Assembly: GCA_963770565.1 (NCBI GenBank) | Contig: CAVYQE010000001.1 | Location: 256,001 to 320,000, forward strand | Source: an uncultured Actinomycetota bacterium | Lineage (GTDB): Bacteria; Actinomycetota; Actinomycetes; JAFAQI01 | Reading direction: 5' to 3' | Length of the DNA: 64,000 bases | Notes under the pieces: generated by a model | Seen by the model: the letters and a program-made list of their open reading frames with translations, nothing else | Database searches by the model: none | What the model was told of the DNA's origin: nothing | Program-made: the position numbers and the translations under genes | Part shown: positions 13,895-24,023 of the stretch, piece by piece | Layout: every line of letters begins with the position of its first letter | Numbering within the stretch: the stretch's first letter is position 1

Positions 13895-14257
13895 GTAGGA
13901 CGGCTCTCCCGAGCCGTCCGGCCTGTGACGGCTCGGGAGAGCCGTCCTACGAAACTTGCTCCTATCGTCGCGAGCCACGGATACGATGACGTAGCCGTTC
14001 GTCGGTGTGGCCGTCATGCTCTGGACGGCTCGGGAGAGCCGCCTGATTGTAGGACGGCTCTCCGAGCCGTCCGGCCTGTGACGGCTCGGGAGAGCCGTCC
14101 TACGAAACTTGCTCCTATCGTCGCGGGCCACGGGTACGCTGACGTAGCCGTCGTCGGTGTGCCCGTCATGCTCTGGACGGCTCGGGAGAGCCGCCTGATT
14201 GTAGGACGGCTCTCCCGAGCCGTCCGGCCTGTGACGGCTCGGGAGAGCCGTCCTACA
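13895..14257. repeat. 153-bp tandem units of REP doublets (gtaggacggctctcccgagccgtc and its inverse) containing dnaN-end copies
   Basis: gtgacggctcgggagagccgtcctac recurs at 13925, 14078 and 14231. Confidence 0.85.
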
Positions 14258-14267
14258 GGGCTCGCTC

Positions 14268-15383
14268 CTATCGGTCGCGGGCCAGCGGCATGATGACGTA
14301 GCCATAGCCGTCGTCGGTGTGGCAGACGGCGGCACTGGCGGCGTCTTTCAACTCCATCGTGAATGTTTTCTCTTGATCGAGCACCTTGAGGAAATCGCCG
14401 AGATACCGCGGATCGAGCGTGATCACGACGCTCGGGCCTTCGTAGCTGATCGGCAACTCGACGTGCGACTCGCCCAATTCGGCCGCCCGGCCGTGAGCAC
14501 GCATTCTCCATCGGCAAACGTGAAATCGACGCCGCGGCTCTCTTCGCTGGTGACGATCTGCCGCCTGCCGCACGGCGGCGTAAAACGGTCCGACCGGCAA
14601 TTCGATCTTCTGCACGTCGTGCCGCTGCGGAAACACATCGCGCCATTTGGGGAATCGCCCTTCGACCAGTCGCGAATAGATCGTCACCCGCGGGCTGCGC
14701 ACGAGCACGTCGTTGGCTTTGGCCGCGATCTGGACCTGCTCGTCGGCGTCGGTGAAGGCGCGCTCCATGAATCGCATGGCGTTGGCGGGAACGATCGTCA
14801 TCATGTCGGCATTGGAATGGCCGCCGACGCTTTGGGCGGGGCCCTCCATTTTGGCGAGTCGGCGGCCATCGGTGCCGACGGCGGTGATCTTCTTTTCGGT
14901 CATTTCGAGCAGCACGCCCCCCAGCGCGTAGCGGCTGCTCTCGTTGTCGGTGGCGAAGATCGTGCGGCGAATCAACTCGCGGAACAGCCGGGCCGGCACT
15001 TCGTGATACTTGGTGTCGCTGAACTCGGCGACGCCGGGGAATTCGTCCGGATTCTCGCCGGGCAGGCGGAACTCGCTCCGCTCCCCTTTGATGACCGTGC
15101 CTGTCTGATCGGTCTCGATCAGCAGCCGGCTATCGCCGCTTTCGCGGAGGATCGGGTTGACGCGGCCGATCGGCAAGAGGGCGATTCCCGGATCGTCGAC
15201 TTCGATTCCCAAGACCTTGATTCGGATGCCGACTTCCTGGTCGGTCGCGAGCAGCATGACGCCGTCTTTGGTGGCCTCGATCTTGACGTTCTGGAGGATC
15301 GGCTTGGGGCTACGGACGGGAGCGACAGCCGCGGCCGTTTGAAAGGCCGAGAGGAGCTGATCGCGATCGCACATGAGTTTCAT
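14268..15383 (-). CDS. dnaN: DNA polymerase III beta sliding clamp
   Basis: KPILQN, LATDQE, ATDNESSRYALGG, VGTDGRRLA, SRLVEGRFPKW and YVIMPL. Confidence 0.97.
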   Translation of the reverse strand: MKLMCDRDQLLSAFQTAAAVAPVRSPKPILQNVKIEATKDGVMLLATDQEVGIRIKVLGIEVDDPGIALLPIGRVNPILRESGDSRLLIETDQTGTVIKGERSEFRLPGENPDEFPGVAEFSDTKYHEVPARLFRELIRRTIFATDNESSRYALGGVLLEMTEKKITAVGTDGRRLAKMEGPAQSVGGHSNADMMTIVPANAMRFMERAFTDADEQVQIAAKANDVLVRSPRVTIYSRLVEGRFPKWRDVFPQRHDVQKIELPVGPFYAAVRQAADRHQRREPRRRFHVCRWRMRAHGRAAELGESHVELPISYEGPSVVITLDPRYLGDFLKVLDQEKTFTMELKDAASAAVCHTDDGYGYVIMPLARDR

Positions 15384-15419
15384 CGGGGAAACCGCCTTTC
15401 TGGGCTTGCTTTCTCTTTT

Positions 15420-15728
15420 CGGTAATTTCTTTTTTACAGCAGTATTAGAAGAGGCGCGGCGGCGATTGTCGATGACCGCCGCGGCGAATTTCGAAAATCG
15501 TCGTTTTTCGGCCCCCGAACGGCGGCAACTTGCCCAATTTCCGCTCTGGAAAATCTGTCGGCAAAGCGTCGGCGGAATGACGGCGGGGTGGCGATGGGCA
15601 AAGGCAGATCCGGGATGCGGCGCGGCGGATGTCGGCCGCTGTTGGCCGGCGCGAATCGACCGACACTCCGGCGACACGTTTTCCACCGCCGGGCGAATCT
15701 CGAAGTTCACGATTTGCGAAGTGGCTGT
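15420..15728. promoter_or_regulatory. Candidate oriC in the dnaA-dnaN intergenic region
   Basis: The minus strand reads TCATCGACA (DnaA-box-like, 15475-15467), a GC clamp, TCTTCTAATACTGCTGT (DnaA-trio-like) and AAAAAAGAAATT. Confidence 0.5.
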
Positions 15729-16971
15729 TCACGCTTGGGCAATCAGCTTGCGGACGTCGGCCACCGCCCGGCGAATCGTCGGGTCGCTGCGCAGCCGCGC
15801 TTCGATCGAACGAAAACTATGCAACACGGTCGTATGATCGCGGCCGCCGAAATAGCCGCCGATCTGGCCCAGGCTCTTGTCGGTGAGTTGGCGGGCCAAA
15901 TACACGGCGACGGCCCGGGCTTGCACGATGCCGCGGCGCCGCGACGGGCTGGTGAGATCGCTCATTCGCAGGCAGAAGTATTTGGCCGAGAGCGCGGCGA
16001 TCGTGCGCAAGCTGGGACGCAGACGAAGCTGACGCGCGGCGAGAAACCGCCGCACGCGGCTCAGGTCGATCGCGACGCCGTCGACCTCGGCTTGCATCTG
16101 CAATTCGGCCAAAGCCCCCGACAACTCGGGCGCCGTGACGCTCAACCCATCGGCCAACGCGCGGGCTGCGGCCGCGGGAATCGCGATCTGCCGCATCGCT
16201 GCAAATCGCTCGACCAGCGCCAGCCGCGCCGCCGCGGCCGGCAGCGCCAGCGAAACGGCCAGCCCGCCGGAAAGCCGACTCCGCAGCGGGGCCGAGAGCG
16301 TGGCGATGCGGTCGGGCGCGGTGCGCGAGGTGACGACGGCTTGCCCGCCGGAGTCGATCACCGCATCGAGCGTGTGGACCAACTCTTGCTGGGCGACGCG
16401 CTTCGTGGCCAGTTGCGTCAGATCGTCGAGAATCAACAGCGCGGCGCCGCGAAATCGCTCGCGAAAGGCGGGCGTCGCATCCCCTTCGATCGCTTCGAAC
16501 AACAACCGCCCGAAATCGGCGCCGCTCGCGAACACCACGCGATTCATCGCGGCGCGGCCCGCAAGCTCCGATCGACGCCGAGCCGCCAGCCCACGGGCGA
16601 GGTGCGATTTGCCCGTTCCGGGCGCACCGCAAATCACGAGCGGATTATAGCGCGGCAGCGGCTCTTCGAGCAGCGCGGCGACGGCCACGCCGATCAAACG
16701 ATTCTCCGGGCCGGCGAGAAACTCGCAGCCGGGCGACGGCGGGGTGCCCCGCCGTTAGTCGAACTGCCGTTAGTTGAACTGCCGCCTGCTTGGCAATCGC
16801 GAGATTTGCTGTGGCAGGCCGCGACGATGGCGATGCCGCTCGCGGGGCGGTGCGGGGCCGCCGCTGGCTGCCCGTTGCGGGCGCAGACGGCTCACCCTCC
16901 GGTTCGGCGACCGGCAAATTTCCGACCAAAGGAATCGAAAAGACGCTCTCGACCACTGCGGTTCCGTCCAC
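15729..16971 (-). CDS. dnaA: Chromosomal replication initiator DnaA with a short N-terminus, frameshift near 16720
   Basis: YNPLVICGAPGTGKSHL (Walker A), LLILDDL, LRSRLSGGL and GGYFGGRDHTTVLHS (domain IV). Confidence 0.88.
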
Positions 16972-17269
16972 GAAAAGCGAGTTTCTGCCCGAGACGGCAG
17001 AGGGATTCGAACGAAACCAAGATTATAGCCGTTTTCAAGCCCTGCCGCGAGGATCTGCGGCGAATTTTTCCAGCAATTTTCGGCGACGTAAGTCATTGCC
17101 GCGTAGGAAGATACGGATAGACATTTTCGTGCCTTGCCGATTCGGCAACCCGGCGTTCGCGGCAGGAGGGTTTACCGGTCTTTTTCGGCGCGAATCCACG
17201 GCTCGGAAGGACTCGCACGACGGGCATACCAACCCAGCGGCAGGTCCGCGAGTTCCAGGACTGAGTTGT

Positions 17270-17447
17270 CTAGGAGCCTCTCCGATAACCGCCTTATCTT
17301 CCGCGGGCGTTGCCAAAAGGGGGTCGGGAGTCGATTTCGCCATGATGCCGGTTGGCACTGCGGGTCGTACAGCGGGCGAAATCGACTCCCGACCCCTTTC
17401 GCGGCGAGCATCCCCTCGCCGTGGCCGGTTCTTGGACAAGCTCCTAG
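17270..17447. mobile_element. 178-bp MITE bounded by CTAG, with an internal long hairpin
   Basis: ctaggagcc...gctcctag ends and internal ggggtcgggagtcgatttcgc...gcgaaatcgactcccgacccc. Copies occur at 57042-57219 and 44272-44403. Confidence 0.75.
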
Positions 17448-17461
17448 TTGCACGATTTCTT

Positions 17462-17815
17462 TCAGACTGAGAACCACGGCGTTGTCCTCGCGGACGGCGC
17501 TGCCGTCGAGAAACTGCCAACAACCATCTTCATCGTCGTGTGAAACAAAGACGATCGGTTGCCCGTCGCGGCGACCTCAGGAAAGCCTGCCCGTTGGCGT
17601 GCCTTCTTCGTTTCGGTCACGATGACGTTGCAAGTTCGTTTGAGTCGAGTTCGATCGCTCGTATCGAGAAATGGAATCAATTGCCAGTCGTCCGAGGCGG
17701 CGGCAACATCGCCTCCGTTGTTCTTCGACATGCGAACGACGAAAGAGGCCGGGAACTTGATTCCAAGATTCGCCTCGGCGGCACTGACAAACTTCACGTC
17801 AACGCGAAAGGCCAT
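17462..17815 (-). pseudogene. SMI1/KNR4-family immunity-like protein, truncated and joined to another fragment
   Basis: MAFRVDVKFVSAAEANLGIKFPASFVVRMSKNNGG...DDWQLIP...RLKRTCN. A distal frame reads VSHDDEDGCWQFLDG. Confidence 0.6.
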
Positions 17816-18074
17816 CGGAATTCGCCTTGTAAGCACGTTCGCGCAGCCGCGCCAATCGTCGTGCGTCATGGGCCGCGAATGGCCGCCCGCCGACGATTCC
17901 AGCGCTTGCTCGACAAGCGCCATGTGCTCGTCGGGAACCAGCGGAATCTCGTCGTTCTTCTCTTCGAAGCGCGGCAAGAGCCGCTTCGATTGCCGGCTCC
18001 ATCGACGTTGTCCGACCGCTGGCAACGATCGTTTCCAGGTTCGCCTCGGCTTCGGCGATGAATGCGTTTTGCAA

Positions 18075-18856
18075 CCTTTCACTTCGTCGCGGCGGACTTG
18101 ATCGACGGCCTCGTTCATCTTCTTCATGATATGGAACCGATCGAGCACGTGGATCGCCTGGCCGATCTGCTCGCGGATCACGTTGAGGTACGGCTTCCAC
18201 ATGTCGCTGCACACGAAGCGGATGCCGGCCCGCGTGTCGTCGCTCAAGGTTTGGAAGAATCCCCGCAGGCTTTCCTCGGTTCGCTCGCCGCCGATCCACA
18301 GCAGCCGCTTGAGGCCGTCTTCGATCTGGTAGACCAAGGTCACGTACTTGTGGCCGCGGCTCCATTGGATCTCATCGATTCCCAGGGCTTCCAGGCCGCT
18401 CAAGTCGCGGTGGGCCAAACCCCAGGAAACCGCGTGCTTTACCGCCCGAAACACGTTGTCCCAAGGGGTGTGAAACACGCGGGCCACTTCCTGCCACGAC
18501 AGCCGCTTCGCCCAGCGGGCCAGAAACCAGCGGTAGCTGGTGGTCAGACGGCATTTGCCGTCGGCCCAGGGAACTTGTTCCACCGTGACGCCGCAGGTCG
18601 GGCAATCGACCCGCCGCATCGCGTACAGCAAGAACACCGGCATGGCCCACAGCGGCACATACTCGAAGCGGCGGACCGGCAAACGGTCGTAGCCCGGCCG
18701 CGCCCGCCCGCAGCCGGAGCAGATCGGCCGGCCGTTGGCTCGCGGCCGGAGCGTGACTTCGATCGACAGTTGGTTTTGCTTGTCGATCATTTGGGCTTGG
18801 GCGTACACAAACGACTTGAAATGTTCGATCCGATTGAGGATAGTCTTGAGTTGCAT
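18075..18856 (-). mobile_element. ISL3-family transposase, 3'-truncated
   Basis: MQLKTILN, CSGC...CPTCG zinc finger, LGIDEI, VCSDMWKPY and LDRFHI. The C-terminal part is absent. Confidence 0.85.
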
Positions 18857-19436
18857 CCTGGGGCGCCTCCGGAGTGATGGGTTCTCGCAAACACATCTAT
18901 ACCGGTTGCCGCCGCAGGATGCACTTGTTTTTGCCCTCGGCTCGGCCCTGCTACACTGACGGGCGCCTGGTGAAACGGAGTCGGGCTCTGCTGGGAAGCA
19001 ACCCGACAAGGGATAACCGGGTCAGGGCGGGTGAATGCTCCTGCTCAGCCCTGGCGGCTCTAACCGCCGGGGGCGCTTTTCTTCTTCACCCCCATGCGTT
19101 TTTTGACGCGCCGGGCCGACTCGAGATTGGCGGCGATGGACGGATAGGCCGGATTATCGCTGGCGGCGTTTTCGAGAAGCAAGACCTCGCGACTTGCTTC
19201 CTCGATCTGCTTTCGCAGTTCATGGAGAGTGCTCATTTCATCAAACCTTTGATTCCGTCTCGACGAACCGATCTCGAAAACCGAGTTACGCACAACTCGC
19301 GCAACTCGGCGAGCGAAAGTTTATGAAAACCCTCCGGCAAGAGCGGCAGAAACTCATTTTTGGCATCAGACTCCCCCATGCGTGGTATAATAGTTCGATT
19401 ACCGCGATGCGTCAATTCGCGGCGACGGCACCAGAA

Positions 19437-20633
19437 TCAGGACCGATATTCGCCGCGCGATTCGCGAATTGACATGGGAATCCGCGAGTTGCCGAGCACT
19501 TTCACGATTCGATTCACAGCCTCGTCGATTTCTTTCTCGGTCGTCGTCGCGGCCAAGCTGAAGCGGATGCTGCTGCCCACAAGTTCGTCGGGCAGTCCCA
19601 TTGCCAAAAGTGTCGGCGAGGGGTCGCTCGAGCCGCTCGCGCAGGCGCTGCCCGTCGAGCAGCAGACGCCGGCAAGGTCCAGCGCCATGACCAGCGCTTG
19701 ACGATCGAGGCCGGGCAAGGCGATGCAGGTGGTGTTTGGCAGGCGCGGGGCGGTGCGGCCATGGACGACGGCCGAGGGATAGGCGGCTATGAGCGCATCT
19801 TCCAGGCGGTCGCGAAGCTGCGTCATGCGGTCGATGCGGGCCGATTGATCGCGGGCGAAGATTTGCAATGCCACATGCATGCCGACGGCCAGCGCGACCG
19901 GCTCGGTGCCGGGGCGCAGGCCCTGCTGCTGGAAGCCGCCGAACAATTGGGGGTCGAGCGGCACGCCGCCGCGGACGATCAAGGCGCCGATGCCGCGCGG
20001 GCCGTGGAATTTGTGCGCGGCGATCGTCATCGCCGCGACGCCCAATTCGCGAAAGTTCACCCTCAGCTTGCCGGCCGCTTGCACGGCGTCGGTGTGAAGC
20101 AGCACGCCGGCGGCTGCGGCGCGGGTCGCCAACTCGCCCAGCGGCTGAATCACACCGGTTTCGTTGTTGGCGAGCATGACGCTGATTAGCCGGGGAGGAT
20201 TCGCCATTTCCACAGAAAGGCGCTCGGTATCGATGATGCCATCCGACGAGACGGGCCAGCGATCGACGTGCCAGCCGCGCCGTGCCAGAGCCGCCGTCGG
20301 CTGGGCAACGCTCGGATGCTCGATCGCGGAAATGAGCAGTTGCGACGGGTGCGGATGCGCCATCGCGCCGACCAGGCCGAACAGCGCCAGATTGTTCGCC
20401 TCGGTGCCGCCGCTGGTGAAGATCATGCGATCCGCCGAGCGGCCGCCGAGATCGACGCCGAGAATCTCGGCGATTCCCTCGCGGGCCTCCTCGAGCGCGC
20501 GGCGGGCACGGCGGCCGAGCTGATGCTGGCTTTCGGGATTGGCGAAACCGAAGGCTTGGCACTGGGCCATCGCCGCGGCCGCCTCGGGCGCGAGTGGCGT
20601 CGTGGCATTATGGTCGAGATAAATCGGTTGCAT
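19437..20633 (-). CDS. Cysteine desulfurase (IscS/NifS family)
   Basis: IYLDHNATTP, FTSGGTEANN, EHPSV, ANNETG, HTDAVQ, AHKFHGPRG and STGSAC. Confidence 0.95.
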   Translation of the reverse strand: MQPIYLDHNATTPLAPEAAAAMAQCQAFGFANPESQHQLGRRARRALEEAREGIAEILGVDLGGRSADRMIFTSGGTEANNLALFGLVGAMAHPHPSQLLISAIEHPSVAQPTAALARRGWHVDRWPVSSDGIIDTERLSVEMANPPRLISVMLANNETGVIQPLGELATRAAAAGVLLHTDAVQAAGKLRVNFRELGVAAMTIAAHKFHGPRGIGALIVRGGVPLDPQLFGGFQQQGLRPGTEPVALAVGMHVALQIFARDQSARIDRMTQLRDRLEDALIAAYPSAVVHGRTAPRLPNTTCIALPGLDRQALVMALDLAGVCCSTGSACASGSSDPSPTLLAMGLPDELVGSSIRFSLAATTTEKEIDEAVNRIVKVLGNSRIPMSIRESRGEYRS

Positions 20634-20697
20634 CAGGGCATTATAGTGTGGAGCGGTCGATAGTGGGCCAGTGTACTCCTCACGCTTCGGCGCGGGG

Positions 20698-20975
20698 AAC
20701 GTCATCACGGCGGAGCGTGATGAGTACACTCCGTCGTGAGGAAGGTCATCACGGCGGAGCGTGATGAGTACACTCCATCGTGAGGAACGTCATCACGGCG
20801 GAGCGTGATGACTACACTTTCGCGTGATGAGCACGCTCCGTCGCGGGGAATGTCATCACGGCGGAGCGTGATGACTACATTTCCGCGTGATGACTACATT
20901 TCCGCGTGATGACTACATTTCCGCGTGATGACTACACTTCCGCGTGATGACTACATTTCTGCGTGATGAGCACAC
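20698..20975. repeat. REP cluster (catcacggcggagcgtgatgagtac) decaying into a 19-bp minisatellite
   Basis: Four palindromic units followed by about five ttccgcgtgatgactacat units. Confidence 0.85.
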
Positions 20976-20985
20976 TTTCGCTGGC

Positions 20986-21402
20986 TCACAGTTTCAGTTT
21001 CCGATCGTCGAACAGCGCGAATCCCGCCTGGCGAGCGATCGGGGCAAGCGCCGGGCTGAGCGTGAATAGCGGCGCTTGGCTGTCGATCGCGTGGGCGGCG
21101 ATGAGGGCGTTGGTGGCCGAGCAGGGGATTCGCTTGGCCAGGCAGTCCCGCGCGATGCGGGCGGCCTCGAGATGATGGCGCTCGGTCGCCAGCAGGATCG
21201 GAAAGGCCGCGAGATGGGCCTGCATTTGCCGAACCGCCCCGTCGCTCCGCACTCCGGCGAGCAATTCTTGCCAGACGATGCCGGGGATCGCCAGCGCCAC
21301 ATTCTCGCGAATCATGAGGCGCAGCGCCGCGACGGGCGCGGATCGGGGCCGGCGCAGCTTCTGGTAGGCCAGCGCCAGGAGCGATGTTTCGAGCAGGATC
21401 AT
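20986..21402 (-). CDS. VapC/PIN-domain toxin with atypical acidic residues
   Basis: MILLETS...IVWQELLAG...ATNALIAAHAI...LFTLS. Confidence 0.8.
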   Translation of the reverse strand: MILLETSLLALAYQKLRRPRSAPVAALRLMIRENVALAIPGIVWQELLAGVRSDGAVRQMQAHLAAFPILLATERHHLEAARIARDCLAKRIPCSATNALIAAHAIDSQAPLFTLSPALAPIARQAGFALFDDRKLKL

Positions 21403-21427
21403 GCGTGAACTCTCCGCGGCCGGCGCT

Positions 21428-21628
21428 TCAGCGCTTGGCCTTCTTGGCCGGCTTGCCGGCGGGAGCGCGATACTCGACCGTCCCGAAGAGCTTGAGCCCC
21501 GCGACGCGCTTGCGATGGTCGATGTATTCCCGGAGGGCCTCGTTGACCGTGGCCTTCTTGGTCTTCTGCCCGCCGATATGCAGGGCCTCGACGAGCAGCT
21601 TTTCATCGATGCCGAGATTCGTCGCCAT
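21428..21628 (-). CDS. VapB-family antitoxin
   Basis: MATNLGIDEKLLVEALHIGGQKTKKATVNEALREYI, upstream of the PIN gene. Confidence 0.88.
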   Translation of the reverse strand: MATNLGIDEKLLVEALHIGGQKTKKATVNEALREYIDHRKRVAGLKLFGTVEYRAPAGKPAKKAKR

Positions 21629-21739
21629 GTCGATTCACCTCGCGGTTGCCGTCGCCATTAGGTCCACACACATTATTACACAAATCGGGCCGGCTGGCAA
21701 GCAAGCCGCAGCGGTTGCCAGCCGGACGCCGGCGCGACG

Positions 21740-22121
21740 CTCAGCACCCCTGAACCGGAATGAGAAAGAGCGCGACGAACGTTGCGACCGTCGATGCCAG
21801 GCGCGCAACAGAAGATCAACCGCAACGAACGGCCGATCGAAAGATCGCGGCGAATCCAGCTCGGAATTCCGAGGGTCGCCAGGGCCGCAACGGTAATTCC
21901 CGAATTGACGATCGGCCCGCCCGCCAGCGCTATCCCCATTGTCACCCAACTATGATCGCGGATCTGCTCGACCAGGGCGATCACGGTCCAGCCGGCAATC
22001 AAAATGAGGAAAAATGCCGTGGTGAGAAACACGAAATATGAATAACGGGGCAGTTCGCACCATTGTCGCCGGGGGCCGCTGCCGGCGCTCGATAGGGATT
22101 CGGATCGCTGGAAGTGCTCAT
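21740..22121 (-). CDS. Hypothetical membrane protein, frameshifted
   Basis: N-terminal MSTSSDPNPYRAP followed by several hydrophobic helices. Confidence 0.5.
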
Positions 22122-22193
22122 GGTTGCATTGCGCCGATCTCAACAGGATTGTCGTCGAACGAGTCCACGGCGCGAGCGATTCGCGGCCGAGAG

Positions 22194-22760
22194 CTATTTA
22201 TGCGGCGCGATTCCCTTGGTGACGACGTCTTTTCCGGCGAGGTAGGATTTGGCGGTGAACGAATCGCCGAGCAGGGTCACGACGATGAGGGTCTGGCCGG
22301 AGCGCATCATGCCGGTGCCGACGACTGCGAATTGTCGCGGCTGCGGTTTCTTCCCCACGAGGCTGGCGTCGGTGAACTCGGCGAACAGACAGGTTCCGCT
22401 TTTGGTGTCGAGCGACTTGATCGTCGTCTTCTTCTCCACCGAGCCTTCGGCGTATTGCCCGGCCGCGATCTTGAACGCCGCTTCGAGTTTGGCTTTCGAG
22501 TCGTCGGCCCCCTTCTTTATGGCAAAGAACCAGATCAGCAGGATCATATCCTTGTTGAGCGTGGTGAGCGACGTGGCGGCGGGAAGAGCGGGAAGATTTG
22601 GATTGGTTTTGAACGTCTCGACGGCCCAACCGCTGGGCACGGCAATGTCGAACTTCGCGCCGTTGGCCGTTGTCACGGTCGTCGGCTTCGTCTTGTCGGC
22701 GTCGGCGGCCAACGCGGTGACGGCGAAACTCAGAAACAGCAGCGGCAGCAGCTTTTTCAT
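22194..22760 (-). CDS. Hypothetical secreted protein
   Basis: Signal peptide MKKLLPLLFLSFAVTALAA in a clean ORF. Confidence 0.75.
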   Translation of the reverse strand: MKKLLPLLFLSFAVTALAADADKTKPTTVTTANGAKFDIAVPSGWAVETFKTNPNLPALPAATSLTTLNKDMILLIWFFAIKKGADDSKAKLEAAFKIAAGQYAEGSVEKKTTIKSLDTKSGTCLFAEFTDASLVGKKPQPRQFAVVGTGMMRSGQTLIVVTLLGDSFTAKSYLAGKDVVTKGIAPHK

Positions 22761-22826
22761 CTCAGGCCTCGAAATGAGAAACTCGCGCGCGGGCTCCGGC
22801 GATTCTCGCATGGAGGATTCGGCAAG

Positions 22827-23897
22827 TCAAACTGCCGCGATCCGCTCGCGCGTGACCGGCTCGATCAGGCCCCGCTCGCAGATGATCGCCCGGATCAAGC
22901 CGGGCCGGAGTGACGTCGAAAGCCGGGTTGTAGACGTGGATTCCCTCGGGGGCGGTGCGGCGGCCGAAGCCGTGGGTGATCTCCTCCGGGCGGCGCTGCT
23001 CGATCGGGATTTGTTCGCCCGATGGCGATCGACAGATCGAACGTGCTCAGCGGCGCGGCGACGTAGAAGGGGATGTTGTGGGCGGCGGCCAACAGCGCCA
23101 CGCCGTAGGTGCCGATCTTGTTGGCCGTGTCGCCGTTGGCGGCGATCCGATCGGCGCCGGTGACGACGGCCTGCACGCGCCCTTCGCGCATGACCTGCGC
23201 GGCCATCGAATCGCAGATCAGCGTGACGTCGATCCCGCGCTGCTGGAGTTCCCAAGCAGTGAGCCGAGCGCCCTGCAACAGCGGCCGCGTTTCGTCGGCA
23301 TACACGTGCAGCCGCTTGCCCGACTTCCTGCGCGGAGAAGAACACGGCCAGCGCCGTGCCGTAATCGGCGGTGGCCAGCCCGCCGGCGTTGCAATGCGTG
23401 AGCACGCCTTGGCCGTCGTGCAACAGCGCCGCCCCGTGCCGGCCGATCGCGCGGCAGATTCGCCGGTCTTCTTCGAGGATGGCATGCGCCTCGGCGAGCA
23501 GTGCGGCGAGAATCTCGCGCGGCGGCTGCGCCGCGCGCCGCTCGGCCAGCTTTCGCAATCGCTCGAGCGCCCAGAAGAGATTCACGGCCGTCGGCCGGCT
23601 CGACGGCCAGATAGCGGCTCACTTCGTCGAGCCGGGCGAAGAAGCCGGCTTCATCCGCTGGCGGCCGCCGGTTGCAATCCGAGCACAGGCCATACGCCGC
23701 GGCAATGCCGATGGCCGGCGCCCCGCGCACCCGCAGCGAGCGGATCGCCTCCCAGACCGTCTCGACGTCGCGGCAGTCGATCTCGACCAATTCCTCCGGG
23801 AGCAGCGTCTGATCGATCAACCGCAGATTCCCATCGACGCCGCCGAGCCAATGAAGCGTGACGAATCGGGAGGCGAGGGGGGTGAAGGTGCGGTCAT
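22827..23897 (-). CDS. mtnA: S-methyl-5-thioribose-1-phosphate isomerase
   Basis: [44 protein letters not shown] and [18 protein letters not shown]. Confidence 0.95.
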
Positions 23898-23921
23898 CGG
23901 GGAGGGAGTGGCGAGGCTGTT

Positions 23922-24012
23922 GAAATCTGAAATCTGAAATCGGAGATTCGAAATCTGAAATTTGAGACTCGCGATTTGAAATCTGAAATCTGAAATCTGA
24001 AATCTGAAATTT
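23922..24012. repeat. Heptamer microsatellite (aaatctg)n
   Basis: Directly visible. An inverse variant occurs at 49525-49557. Confidence 0.8.
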
Positions 24013-24023
24013 CGCGATTCGCG

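Noticed and set aside
17462-19009. 515-aa ISL3-SMI1/KNR4 fusion protein
   Set aside because: Chance in-frame read-through across a truncated transposase and unrelated fragments.
20698-20975. CRISPR-like short repeats
   Set aside because: The spacers are too short and self-similar. This is a REP/minisatellite.
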